From assembly GCA_016840085.1 (NCBI GenBank), contig JAEOTA010000086.1, positions 32,001 through 96,000 on the forward strand: DNA of 64,000 nt. Direction: 5' to 3'. Under the pieces are notes generated by a model. It saw only the letters and a list, made by a program, of their open reading frames with translations. It was not told where the DNA came from and made no database searches. Both the position numbers and the translations under genes were made by a program. Origin of the DNA: Promethearchaeota archaeon (GTDB taxonomy: Archaea; Asgardarchaeota; Lokiarchaeia; Sigyniarchaeales; SOKP01). Positions 1 to 10,235 of the stretch are shown in pieces. Positions within the stretch are counted from its first letter, which is position 1, and the number at the start of each line of letters is the position of its first letter.

Positions 1-300
1 TAGAGAAGACAAAACTCTTGTTGCTTTTCCAAGCGCACAAGGTAAAACTCCAGTAACACGCGGATCTAATGTTCCACCGTGTCCTGCATTGGAAATGCCT
101 AATATTTTTCTAACCCATGAAACTACTTCATGACTAGTAGGACCACTTGGTTTATCTAAATTTATGACGCCATATTGTAGAAGCGCTTCGAGACTTCTTT
201 TTTCAGGTTCACAACCATAATCTGAATTGGTATTATCTTGGGATTTTACTAATAATTGCTCAGATTCATCAGATGGTAATTTAAATTCTGATTTTTCCAT
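1..300 (-). CDS. cbf5: H/ACA RNA-guided pseudouridine synthase Cbf5 (N-terminal part, runs off window edge)
   Basis: Manual translation from ATG at 300: [10 protein letters not shown]...[52 protein letters not shown], containing the TruB/Cbf5 motifs. Confidence 0.95.
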   Translation of the reverse strand, partial: MEKSEFKLPSDESEQLLVKSQDNTNSDYGCEPEKRSLEALLQYGVINLDKPSGPTSHEVVSWVRKILGISNAGHGGTLDPRVTGVLPCALGKATRVLSSL

Positions 301-412
301 ACTACCAAATATTGAGAGAGATCTTTATGTAATTATAAATTTATAAATTTCATAAATTTTTCTTTAAAAAAAATTTATTAGAAGAGTTGATAATAGAAAA
401 ATAATAAAAGAA

Positions 413-516
413 CGGGCTATAGGGGAATTGAACCCCTGACCTTTCTTTTTATGGAAGATTTTGCCATAAAAGTCAGGTTAAAAGCCTGCTGCGCTACCTG
501 TCTGCGCCAATAGCCC
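413..516 (-). tRNA. tRNA-Lys(TTT) with a ~30-nt insertion at the anticodon stem/variable loop junction
   Basis: Reverse complement gives acceptor GGGCTAT/ATAGCCC, D stem GCGC/GCGC, anticodon arm GCAGG-CTTTTAA-CCTGA and T arm AGGGG-TTCAATT-CCCCT. Extra hairpin TTTTATGG..CCATAAAA at about 443-472. Confidence 0.88.
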
Positions 517-641
517 TTAAAAATACTTTTCAGCACCTAAGTGCTTTTAGTATTAGAATAAATCCGCAATTATATAAAAATTTTATTTTATGAAGGATCT
601 TATCCTTTACTTTTCAGTTATGTATTTATAAATATAGTAAT

Positions 642-1682
642 TTAATTAGTTTTTCTGAAATGTTCAAAACCATAATTTTTAAGCTCAATATTCCTATTAT
701 CCTTTATGATAAAGATACGATTTTCAGATATAACGCTTCCAATTTTAAATATATTTCCACCATTAGCTTGAATAATTGCTTGCACTTTATCCAAAATTTT
801 AGGATTTATTGTAAATAAATGAATAAATTCTTCACCACCATTAAAAACTAGATTTTCTAATGGAATATCAAATTCTTTTGAGTATTTCATAGCTTCACTA
901 TCTATTAAATTTTGGTTATAATCTATTTCAAATCCTAAATTAGGATTAGATAACATTAAATCTTTCAAGGATTTAAATAATCCATCAGAGGAATCAATAC
1001 TTGCAGTGACCAAATGATTTTCAGCTAAAATAAAACCTTCTTTTCCTAAATCCTCAATTTCAATAACAGATTTAATAGATCTTTTAAATTTTGGATATTC
1101 ATCTAAAGTTCCCTTTTTATTTATTAATATATCAAATCCTACTCCTGTTAAACCAAACTTTCCATTAGTAATTAATAGATCTCCCTCTTTCATACCCTTT
1201 CTATAAATTATGTGTGAATTATTCTGAATACCAAACACAGTGGGATTAATAATTAATTCCTTAGTTTCATTAAGATCTCCTCCAATATAATCTAAATTCC
1301 ATTTTAGGCAATAATCAATAACACCATTCATCAATTCTCTAAATTCTCTAAGTTTCATTCCTCCTGGAAGACCTAAAGAAATTATTATTCCCTTAGGCGC
1401 TATGCCTTTAACAACTAAATCACTAATATTCATTAAAATTGATTTACGTCCTATTTGATAATGATTCATATTTGATGGCACATCTGTTGATGACACTAAC
1501 ATATCAGAGTTAAAAATTAAATTATCTAATGGTCCGCCTTCTTTAGTAATTTCAGACTTAAGAGTATAGAAAAAGCAATCATCTCTAATCAGCTTTTTTC
1601 CTGTTTTTTCAAAAATTAATCTTTCTATTATTTTGATTATTTTGAGTTCTCCAAGATCTCGTAAACTTTTTTTACTCCTCAT
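642..1682 (-). CDS. thiL: Thiamine-monophosphate kinase
   Basis: GE..II N-terminus, DD, NISDL, GGD, DSSDGL and GGEEF motifs of ThiL. Confidence 0.9.
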   Translation of the reverse strand: MRSKKSLRDLGELKIIKIIERLIFEKTGKKLIRDDCFFYTLKSEITKEGGPLDNLIFNSDMLVSSTDVPSNMNHYQIGRKSILMNISDLVVKGIAPKGIIISLGLPGGMKLREFRELMNGVIDYCLKWNLDYIGGDLNETKELIINPTVFGIQNNSHIIYRKGMKEGDLLITNGKFGLTGVGFDILINKKGTLDEYPKFKRSIKSVIEIEDLGKEGFILAENHLVTASIDSSDGLFKSLKDLMLSNPNLGFEIDYNQNLIDSEAMKYSKEFDIPLENLVFNGGEEFIHLFTINPKILDKVQAIIQANGGNIFKIGSVISENRIFIIKDNRNIELKNYGFEHFRKTN

Positions 1683-1734
1683 TAGAAAAAATTTATAATT
1701 TTTTAATTATTAGTATTCATTAATTAATTTAATT

Positions 1735-1837
1735 GCCTCTGTGGCTTAGTGGTATAGTATTATACGATAATATATTTTATGCTGAGAGCAACAGATTCGT
1801 AATCTGTAGATCGGGGGTTCAATTCCCCCCAGAGGCT
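1735..1837 (+). tRNA. tRNA-Thr(CGT) with D-loop intron (~29 nt, about position 21/22)
   Basis: Acceptor GCCTCTG/CAGAGGC, anticodon arm ACAGA-TTCGTAA-TCTGT, T arm GGGGG-TTCAATT-CCCCC. AT-rich insert with TATTAT/ATAATA hairpin between the D loop and GAGC. Confidence 0.9.
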
Positions 1838-1841
1838 TCAA

Positions 1842-2855
1842 TTACACTTCTTCAGCAAAAGCATACCGTTTTATCATTTGTAACGCAAGCATTTTGAAAG
1901 CATCATTGATATTTTCTCCAGTTTTAGCTGAAGTTTCAATATATGAGAGCTTTAATTTTTTTGAAAGTTCTTCACCTTTTTCAGTATATATAATTCGCTT
2001 CTCTTCTAAATCTATTTTATTTCCAACTAAAATTAATGAGATATTGGGTGATACACTTTTAATTTCTTTAAACCAGCTTTCAATACTTTCAAACGTATCT
2101 TGACTGGTTACATCGTAAACCAAGATACCTACTTCAGCATTTCCTAAATAAGTTTGTCTTACTCTCTTAAATTGTGCTTGACCTGCTAAATCCCATATAA
2201 CAAAACGTACCCTTGATTCTAATCCTTCAAATTCACATTCTTTTTTCATAATAGACGTCCCAATTGTGGATTTATAATCTGCTTGAAAGGAATCTTCAAC
2301 AAAGCGATGAACCATGCTAGTTTTCCCAACCCCTCCCTCCCCTCCTAAGATCAGTTTGTACGCATACTCTCCTGATTTTATCTTAATTTTTTGAAGTTTA
2401 TCTACTTTTCTTTCTATTTTTGGAGTAATATCATCAGAAATGAGTTTGGGAATTACAGGACTTACAGTTCTTCCATCGAATATTCGAGAAATTTTCTCAG
2501 CAGCTAAATAAGCGTATGGGAAAACAGGATCTACCATAGCAATTGAATTTAAAACAGTAACGAAAATAGCTTCTGGTCCAGCTTCACAAAAAATAAATCT
2601 ATGGTCTTCTGTGTCGAAAGTACCTGTTCCAAAAGAGCCTGAACTAAATTCTTCGGTAATCCTTGTTAGAACAGGTTCTACTAATGCACTAACTCCCCCA
2701 ATTACATCCTCCTCTACCTCCACCTCTGAAGATCCTTTTAAAGTAGCCATCACTAATCCTTCTCTATTTACAATAAGAGCAACGATCAAATTTTCTCCGA
2801 TTTCCTGCTTATACCATTGAAGCAATGCTTCCAGTTTTTTACGATCAACAGACAT
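1842..2855 (-). CDS. Roadblock/LAMTOR-like domain fused to a Rab-like small GTPase
   Basis: N-terminal ALIVNREGLVMA roadblock-like fold. C-terminal GEGGVGKTS, TIG, WDLAGQ, GNKID and ETSAK (G1-G5). Confidence 0.88.
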   Translation of the reverse strand: MSVDRKKLEALLQWYKQEIGENLIVALIVNREGLVMATLKGSSEVEVEEDVIGGVSALVEPVLTRITEEFSSGSFGTGTFDTEDHRFIFCEAGPEAIFVTVLNSIAMVDPVFPYAYLAAEKISRIFDGRTVSPVIPKLISDDITPKIERKVDKLQKIKIKSGEYAYKLILGGEGGVGKTSMVHRFVEDSFQADYKSTIGTSIMKKECEFEGLESRVRFVIWDLAGQAQFKRVRQTYLGNAEVGILVYDVTSQDTFESIESWFKEIKSVSPNISLILVGNKIDLEEKRIIYTEKGEELSKKLKLSYIETSAKTGENINDAFKMLALQMIKRYAFAEEV

Positions 2856-3289
2856 GAATTTGAAAACCTCAAAAGTTTGTTCTTTAATGCAATATAATAT
2901 AACTAGAATTTATTATTTAATATAATAAGTTTAGCTTAAAAATTTATAGAAAACGATAATCCTCTATAGTAATGAAATAGAGGTATTAGTTTATAAAAAT
3001 TAATTGAAAAATTTCGTTATTTTAATTAAATTTTAGAAAATTCAAATCTTCCTTATGTTAATTTCAAATATATAAAATAAATTTAAGTTAGAATATCGAT
3101 TTTTAATTAAAAATTATACTAAAAATTAGTATAATATTCGTCAATATTTTCAAATTCAAACTTGCTAATGAATTCTCATGTTTGCAAGTATTAGTTAAAA
3201 ATAATAAAGAAAAAAAATTTTAAACATTTAAAACATTATCTAAATCGATATTTTAAGAAAATAAATTAAACGAAAATTCTCTTATTAAT

Positions 3290-3440
3290 GCAGGAGTTGC
3301 CAAGCCTGGTCTACGGCGCTAGATTATTATATTATTATATATATATACGGCGTAACTGAGGTTCTAGTGACATAGGTCTTCGTGGGTTCAAAAATTGACT
3401 TGGATCTCCTCGATCTCGATGGAATATCCCACCTCCTGCA
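3290..3440 (+). tRNA. tRNA-Leu(GAG) with two introns (30/31: 3323-3354; 59/60: 3393-3426)
   Basis: Acceptor GCAGGAG/CTCCTGC. Removing 32 nt and 34 nt gives an 85-nt class II tRNA with CTAGA-CTGAGGT-TCTAG and GTGGG-TTCAAAT-CCCAC. Both inserts fit BHB-type geometry. Confidence 0.9.
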
Positions 3441-3550
3441 CTTATAGTTGAATTGTTAAGATATTGAGAAAATTATAAATTATTTTATTTGTATTTAATA
3501 ATGATATTAAATAGATTAGATTAAATTGAACAAAAGTTGGAGTTGTTTCT

Positions 3551-4747
3551 ATTTCAAATATAGTATTAACTAACGAATTAGCCACAATAGAACATATTAA
3601 ATCTTTAGCTTTTAAGCGATCTGCATCATCAATAGGAGAAACAAAAGCAACAGATTACATAGAAAAAGAATTAGCAAAAGATAATATTAAGTCGAAATTT
3701 GAATATTTTGAATGGACTGGACCTGTGAGAATATTAATACGTACTAGTTATTTAATTATTTTAACATATCTTTTACTTTCACGTTTAATTTTAGTTATAA
3801 TCGCTTACTTTGTAATAAAACATATGTTTGAAAGAACTCGTAATATGACATTAATAAAAAAAGAGTCATCAAAAAATATTTTTACACAAATTCCAGCGAA
3901 GGAAACTATACAAGATCGACCAATTGTAATCTTATCAGCACATTATGATTCTATTTCAGCAAATATTCCTTATAGAATTCAAATGATAATTTTTTTTATG
4001 TACCGATTAATAATAGTATTTTATAGTTTTATAATAGTAGTTTTATCAATATGGCTTACCTTTGATTTACTAGATTTATACTCAGTACCACAAAATATAG
4101 TTATCCTTATAGCTTTATTATCATTAAGTGGAATTATTATTTCAATCCCGATATTATATCTTATATTTAATGAAAAACCATCAGCTAATTCAATTGATAA
4201 TGCAAGTGGAGTAGCTATTTTGATTGAATTAGCTAAATTATTTAAAAAAGATCCACTTAAGAAAATGGATTTACTATTCATATGGCCTGGAGCAGAAGAA
4301 TGGGGTTTGAAAGGATCAAAAAAGTTCTGTGAAGATTATTTTGAAGATTTAAATCAAAAATATGAACTCAATAGCTCTATTAATATTAATATAGATATGG
4401 TTGGTACTTACATTGGACTATTGAATAAAGTTGGTCTTGTAAGAAGACATAAATTAAATAATAGATTAAATAATATTTTCCAAACAACATCTAATGAATT
4501 AAAAATACCTATTACTATATATAATAAAATTTTTGAGCCAAAAAGCGACCATAAATCCTTTAGAAAGTGTGCTAAAAGAGTTAAGAAGAAGTTACAAATA
4601 GTTTATTTTCATTCAGATAAAGATTCTAAATATATCCACTCTTTAAGAGATACACCAGATAAATGTTCAGTAGAAAATCTAAATGGGTGCCTAGAAATAT
4701 GTTACCATGCCTTGAAATGCATAGATACAGGAATTAATTCAACTTAA
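3551..4747 (+). CDS. M28 family membrane-associated aminopeptidase (start probably ATT at 3551, upstream of the called GTG at 3725)
   Basis: SAHYDS, DNASG, GAEEWGL, DMVG, SDH and YIH motifs. The in-frame upstream extension (HIKSLAFKRSASSIGETKATDYIEKEL) matches a typical M28 N-terminus. Confidence 0.8.
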   Translation: MSNIVLTNELATIEHIKSLAFKRSASSIGETKATDYIEKELAKDNIKSKFEYFEWTGPVRILIRTSYLIILTYLLLSRLILVIIAYFVIKHMFERTRNMTLIKKESSKNIFTQIPAKETIQDRPIVILSAHYDSISANIPYRIQMIIFFMYRLIIVFYSFIIVVLSIWLTFDLLDLYSVPQNIVILIALLSLSGIIISIPILYLIFNEKPSANSIDNASGVAILIELAKLFKKDPLKKMDLLFIWPGAEEWGLKGSKKFCEDYFEDLNQKYELNSSININIDMVGTYIGLLNKVGLVRRHKLNNRLNNIFQTTSNELKIPITIYNKIFEPKSDHKSFRKCAKRVKKKLQIVYFHSDKDSKYIHSLRDTPDKCSVENLNGCLEICYHALKCIDTGINST

Positions 4748-7700
4748 AAAAAATCAGCTAATTTATGTTGTTTTATTTTAGGATTATTCGTTAAGCTTTC
4801 TACATATTCTTCAATCAGCTCCATTCTTTGAATAGTATAGTTATCCAATTTGAATTCGTTACATAATTTCAAAGCACGAGGAATATATTTTTCAATCCCC
4901 CCCCTATTAACAGTTAATATTACTTTATTTCCACACTTAGGACATTTTCCTGCATTTGAAATAGGAACTCTTCTGTATTTAGAATTACATTTTACGCATC
5001 TAAATTTTTGTACACTAAATTTTCTTAAATTTCCTAAAATATCTGGGTTAAAATGTGTTGATAAAATTTTTTCTGCCACCTTTTTTACATTAACTGCTTT
5101 TATTATTTTTCCAAGATATAGTTGTGCTTCTATTTTTTCATCCATTGTTTCATATTTCTTATAAGATGTTGTTTTAGGACCTTCATTTATATTATCAGTT
5201 GGGATGTTAAAACCAATATTTTCATATTGTTCAGGTGTTCCTAATCTATTTTTTACTAAATTCATCATATTTTCTATTTTTGAAGGAGAAGTATACTGTT
5301 CGGTGGCGTTATAAAATTCTAAGGGATATTGAAAGGATGTATCAACGTTATGAGCTTCTGTTTCAATTTCATTAGGATCTAATAAGGTACCAATAACTAA
5401 GGTAGCATCCATCTTTCCTCCTATTTTACTTGGTAAGTAATAACGCGAAAAATTTAATAAAGGATCTAATAGAAGCATGATGCCATCTTCATCACCATCA
5501 CAATTTCGCCTTTTTGCGCTATGCCAAAATGGATGTGCATAGATAGACCTAGCTGGAGTGAATCCAATTATTCTTCCAATGATACCGGCACTAGTATGAG
5601 GAGCTAACCCTACAACAAGGTGCCCAATTAGATCCTCTTTTTTAGAAATATTATAGAATCGAACCATTTTATAGAAATTTTCTAATTCATCATCCAAAAA
5701 ATTAGCAACTTTAATAAAATAATGGGCGCAATCCTCGGATAATATAACATCTTGAACTTTTAACTCAATTATTTGATTTTCATTAGTAAGAGGATTTCCT
5801 TTAAAGTCGTGTGAATATCCTAGTTCTTTCAAAGTTGTAATAGAAATCCCTATTTCTTCAGGTTTAAAATGAGTTAGGGGAATATCAGTTGCATCATATC
5901 GAATTTCAGCGGTTTTATAAACTAAGACATTATTCTTTGCTCTAAGAATACCTTTTTCAATAGGTTCGGGTATTTTAAATTTGTTCGTTAAGCCATAAAT
6001 TCCCTTTAATTTAGATGGTAACGAAATTTTCATCTCTCTTAGCACTGAATTTATGTGTTGCTTTATATTAAACATTGCTTCACTCGAGAATTTTAATTCT
6101 TGACCGCATAGCGTACATTTCTTCTCATTTTTATCAAATATTTTTTTACAATTTTCACACACTTTCATTAATTCTGTATGATTTTTGCAATTTGGACACA
6201 AATTAAATATACTTACTTTTCCACATTTTTGACATTTTTTTCTACATACATCGATTTTTACTTTCTGCAAATCAATTGCTTTTAACACTGATCGTGAACT
6301 TCCCACTTTATCACTGAGAGGAAATAAAGAATGAACCCCTTTCATACTCTTTCTCTCTGATTTTTCTGGCCTTCCCATTCGTGAACCCATAAAGTATGGT
6401 GCCTTATTTTTGATTTTTATGGAAGAGATATTGTAAAAGAAATTAAAAACATCATCTTTATTAGTAATTTCTTCATAATTATTACTTTTAAGTTTAAAAA
6501 TTACCTTATAAATATAATTCATAGCTTTACTGAAAACTATTTTATTCTCTCTAATTTTATGAATTACAAAAGCTTTTTCTAACATGTTTTTTATTTCCTC
6601 TCTATTGGGCAAAATTATCTTATTTTCATGTTCTCTATAACCCTCTACTAAAGCATCTCTTAGAAATTTTAACTCTTCAATTAATAAATTCCCCCAAAAA
6701 TCAGTATATGATGGATGAAGAGGAATTTTATAATTTTGAGAGATTTCAATAGCTTCTTCAGCTGTTGGTTTATTTTTAAAAGGATTATCTATGAATTTAC
6801 GTAATTTCTGAGTAATATTTTTTTCTCCTTTCACAGTTTTTTCTAATTCTAATGCCCACCATTCTTCTACATAACCAGATGGAATTAATTTATGATTATT
6901 TTCAGCAAACTCACCGAATCCGAAAAGAATATCACCTAAGAATAGAATTTTTTCAATTTCTGGAAAAATTTTTGTTGCATATTTATAACTTTTAACTTTA
7001 ATAACGTCACCATTAACCAATTTTACAATAGGAGGCTCAATACTGTTCACAGGACATATACTTGTACTTTTTCCAGGTCTCTCTATTCTTAATTGAGTTC
7101 CAATAGCAATAAAATTATCTAGTAGGCCCATTGTAGCTGGATGAAGACCCCCAGCAGCTAAACCTGTATTTCGAGATCTGCCATATCGGATTCTATGACC
7201 TCCTATTTCAGAAGGATGGCTAAAAACAGGTCTTCCAGCAATAATATCAGCAACATACTTAGAATTTGGTACAATTTTTATTTTATCATCCAACTCATCT
7301 TTCTTCTCATCACTTTTTTGACCCTCCTCTTTTTGAACAATTTTCTTTAATTTATCTAACCACTCCCAACCTTCCAAATTCATATTCTGAGCTATTTTTA
7401 GAAGTTTTGGAGCTTTAAGTAGGAGCCCATCATTTAAAACTAGACATGCACCCCCTCTTATCTTATTTGTCTCAATTCTAGGTAAGTCTCTAAATGCTGA
7501 TACTTCTTCATTTTCAGTCGAATCGCCATTTATTTCTACTGGTAAATTCTTGACAGCGTATCTAATTTCACGATTAGAAGACGGGTATTGTAAATGAACT
7601 AATCTATCATAGAGTTTTACCTCTTCAACATATCTACCAATTTCTGCTTCAGTTGCTTCATATTTAGGGATATTTGATTTCCTTCGAACATAATCCGCTA

Positions 7701-8181
7701 TTAAAACACATAATGCAGCAGTTGTACCTCCTGCAGCTCTAATTGGACCTGCAAAATATAGAGATAAATATTTTTTGCCATATTGATCTTTTCGTATTAA
7801 TATTTTAGAGATCCCTTCGAGTGGTGCACTCACAACACCCATTGTTTTTATTGCTAATCCTACTCTTATAGCTCTTTCAACTCTTTCCTCTAAAGATTCA
7901 ATGTTTCCTACTTTCTTATCTAATATATATGTAACCACTTTAAATACAATTTCATCCTCGTTATATCCTTCTTCTTTTAAATCTCTTATATCTTTAGCAA
8001 TCCCTTCTGGTCCAACTAATTTTTCAACCCTTCCAGCTAAATCTTTTGCTTGAGGACATTCTATTGATAATTCGGGATCAAGCCCTTTCTTACGAGCTTC
8101 TTCTGCAATCATATAACATTGATCAACTTTTTGTTGAATTAATGTAAAGTATTCTTCCACTTCCTTATTCATTTCTACCAT
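4744..8181 (-). CDS. polC: DNA polymerase D large subunit DP2
   Basis: FAGPIRAAGGT, RIRYGRSRNTG, RMGRPEK and AKRRNCDGDED motifs, Zn fingers, C-terminal PIP box QHKLADFF. Confidence 0.98.
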   Translation of the reverse strand: MVEMNKEVEEYFTLIQQKVDQCYMIAEEARKKGLDPELSIECPQAKDLAGRVEKLVGPEGIAKDIRDLKEEGYNEDEIVFKVVTYILDKKVGNIESLEERVERAIRVGLAIKTMGVVSAPLEGISKILIRKDQYGKKYLSLYFAGPIRAAGGTTAALCVLIADYVRRKSNIPKYEATEAEIGRYVEEVKLYDRLVHLQYPSSNREIRYAVKNLPVEINGDSTENEEVSAFRDLPRIETNKIRGGACLVLNDGLLLKAPKLLKIAQNMNLEGWEWLDKLKKIVQKEEGQKSDEKKDELDDKIKIVPNSKYVADIIAGRPVFSHPSEIGGHRIRYGRSRNTGLAAGGLHPATMGLLDNFIAIGTQLRIERPGKSTSICPVNSIEPPIVKLVNGDVIKVKSYKYATKIFPEIEKILFLGDILFGFGEFAENNHKLIPSGYVEEWWALELEKTVKGEKNITQKLRKFIDNPFKNKPTAEEAIEISQNYKIPLHPSYTDFWGNLLIEELKFLRDALVEGYREHENKIILPNREEIKNMLEKAFVIHKIRENKIVFSKAMNYIYKVIFKLKSNNYEEITNKDDVFNFFYNISSIKIKNKAPYFMGSRMGRPEKSERKSMKGVHSLFPLSDKVGSSRSVLKAIDLQKVKIDVCRKKCQKCGKVSIFNLCPNCKNHTELMKVCENCKKIFDKNEKKCTLCGQELKFSSEAMFNIKQHINSVLREMKISLPSKLKGIYGLTNKFKIPEPIEKGILRAKNNVLVYKTAEIRYDATDIPLTHFKPEEIGISITTLKELGYSHDFKGNPLTNENQIIELKVQDVILSEDCAHYFIKVANFLDDELENFYKMVRFYNISKKEDLIGHLVVGLAPHTSAGIIGRIIGFTPARSIYAHPFWHSAKRRNCDGDEDGIMLLLDPLLNFSRYYLPSKIGGKMDATLVIGTLLDPNEIETEAHNVDTSFQYPLEFYNATEQYTSPSKIENMMNLVKNRLGTPEQYENIGFNIPTDNINEGPKTTSYKKYETMDEKIEAQLYLGKIIKAVNVKKVAEKILSTHFNPDILGNLRKFSVQKFRCVKCNSKYRRVPISNAGKCPKCGNKVILTVNRGGIEKYIPRALKLCNEFKLDNYTIQRMELIEEYVESLTNNPKIKQHKLADFF

Positions 8182-8408
8182 ATTTTCTCAAATTTCAATT
8201 TGATTTTCAGCATAAATAGAAGACAAACCAAGTATTGATATAATTATCTCCTAACTTAAAATAAATTCAATTATTAATCTGCTATTTTCCTTATAAATTT
8301 GTAGACAATGGTAATTTATTACTGTCTCTTTCTATAAAAAAAATCAATGTTTTTCCTTTAATAATAAATAATTAAATTTTAACCTACAATAATTATAGTG
8401 ATTCTATC

Positions 8409-10196
8409 TTGGAAAATAAGACATTGAAAATCGATAATATTGAAAATAAGAGAAATATCTTAAGAATGTTAATTAATTCAGGAATAAATATTACTCCCCC
8501 ACTTCTAGATTTTATTTTACTGCTAGATAATCCTATCGAAATAATAAATCAAATCATTAAGGAGACAAGTTTTATTCCAAGCTTTAAAAGTCATCTAACT
8601 GAGAATTTTTTGAAGAAGATCCCAAATAAGGAGATTAAAAAATCATTAGAAAGAATACTAATTAAAAAAGAGGTGCATATAATTGAAGATAATTCGAATA
8701 AAAAAGGTGTATTAAATCAAAATCAAATATGCAATTTAATTGATGTTAAAAAAAAAACCTTAGAACAGGAAAGAAAAACTCAAGTAAAAAATCTTGAATT
8801 TACAGTAAAATCTTCTATACTTGAAGAACATGATAATAACAATATTAAGGCAAACTCAATAAATAAGGACAGAGTAAAATCAATAGAAAGTACAAATTCA
8901 TTTTTTATTTTTAAACCAATCGCAAAAGAATATAGTGCTCAAATTAAAATCTTAAAAGATCCAACAGGAAAAATATATACAAATGGAAAGTATGAGGATT
9001 TTTACGATCTAACCTTGGATAAATTTAGTAGATTAAAAAAATTAATGAGAAAGAGGACTGAAGCCCATTCTGCTGATAATATAAATAACATATTAAGATT
9101 ATCGAGTAAAGTTGCTGTGTCAGTAATAGGAATGGTAAATGAAATTAGAAAAACTAAAAATAATAATTTTATACTTACTTTAGAAGATCTCACAGGTCTG
9201 GTGAATGTTATAATTAGAAAGGATTCTGATAATCAAGAGAATATTAAAATTACTGAACGAACACTTAATGATCAGGTGGTTTACATAGAAGGTACTTATA
9301 ATCCTGGAGAAAAAGGTAAAAAAGGGATAATTTATTGTAATTACATATCAAAAATTGATATTCCAAGAGATCACAAACCAAATAAATCGCATGACCCATT
9401 ATCTGTTGCGTTGATTTCTGATACTCATATTGGTAGCAAAGAGTTTGAAGAAAAATTATGGAATAGGTTTATTGCTTTTTTAAAGGGAAAAATTGGGAAC
9501 AAAAATCAGAGAGATAAAGCAGGAACAATTAAATATATAATAATTAATGGAGATTTAGTTGATGGTATAGGAGTTTATCCTAAACAAAAAAGCGATCTTG
9601 CAATATCTGATATTTATGAACAATTCAAAAAAGCAAAAGAAATTCTTTCTGAAGTCCCAGATCATATAAAGATATTATACAGCTCTGGGAATCACGAACC
9701 TGTTCGTAATGCTTTACCAAGACCAGCAGTCCCTAAAAAATATTCTGAAGAACTCATAAATATTGGTGTGACTTGTATTGGTAACCCTTCAATTGTTCAA
9801 ACACATAATGTTAATACATTAGTTTATCATGGTGATAGTATTCTTGATTTAAATCAATTAATCCCCGGTTTAGATAATAATAAACCAATAGACACAATGA
9901 AAGAATTATTAAAATGTAGACATTTAGCTCCAATTTATGGAGGGAAAACGCAAATAGCTCCCATAAATAAGGATTGGCTTGTTATTGATAAAGTACCTGA
10001 TATATTTCATACTGGACATGTTCATATCAATGGAATTGGATACTATAATAATATTGCTTTAGTTAATTCAGGATGTTTCCAAAGTCAAACGGAATTCATG
10101 AATTCTTTAGGTATACACCCAACTCCTGGAATTTTATCAATAATAGATCTAAAAACTTTAAAAGGAACTCAATTAGACTTAAAAATTAGTATTTAA
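8409..10196 (+). CDS. polB: DNA polymerase D small (exonuclease) subunit DP1
   Basis: OB fold plus calcineurin-like motifs SDTHIGS, GDLVDG, GNHE, HG and TGHVH. Confidence 0.95.
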   Translation: MENKTLKIDNIENKRNILRMLINSGINITPPLLDFILLLDNPIEIINQIIKETSFIPSFKSHLTENFLKKIPNKEIKKSLERILIKKEVHIIEDNSNKKGVLNQNQICNLIDVKKKTLEQERKTQVKNLEFTVKSSILEEHDNNNIKANSINKDRVKSIESTNSFFIFKPIAKEYSAQIKILKDPTGKIYTNGKYEDFYDLTLDKFSRLKKLMRKRTEAHSADNINNILRLSSKVAVSVIGMVNEIRKTKNNNFILTLEDLTGLVNVIIRKDSDNQENIKITERTLNDQVVYIEGTYNPGEKGKKGIIYCNYISKIDIPRDHKPNKSHDPLSVALISDTHIGSKEFEEKLWNRFIAFLKGKIGNKNQRDKAGTIKYIIINGDLVDGIGVYPKQKSDLAISDIYEQFKKAKEILSEVPDHIKILYSSGNHEPVRNALPRPAVPKKYSEELINIGVTCIGNPSIVQTHNVNTLVYHGDSILDLNQLIPGLDNNKPIDTMKELLKCRHLAPIYGGKTQIAPINKDWLVIDKVPDIFHTGHVHINGIGYYNNIALVNSGCFQSQTEFMNSLGIHPTPGILSIIDLKTLKGTQLDLKISI

Positions 10197-10235
10197 ATAA
10201 TTTATATAAAATAAAACCTAAATTAAGAAAGGTTC

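Noticed and set aside
1-300. Intron in cbf5 (the classic archaeal mRNA intron host)
   Set aside because: The visible part, including GHGGTLDP, is uninterrupted
2856-3289. Long AT-rich spacer as origin or CRISPR leader
   Set aside because: No repeats, ORBs or array; consistent with divergent promoters
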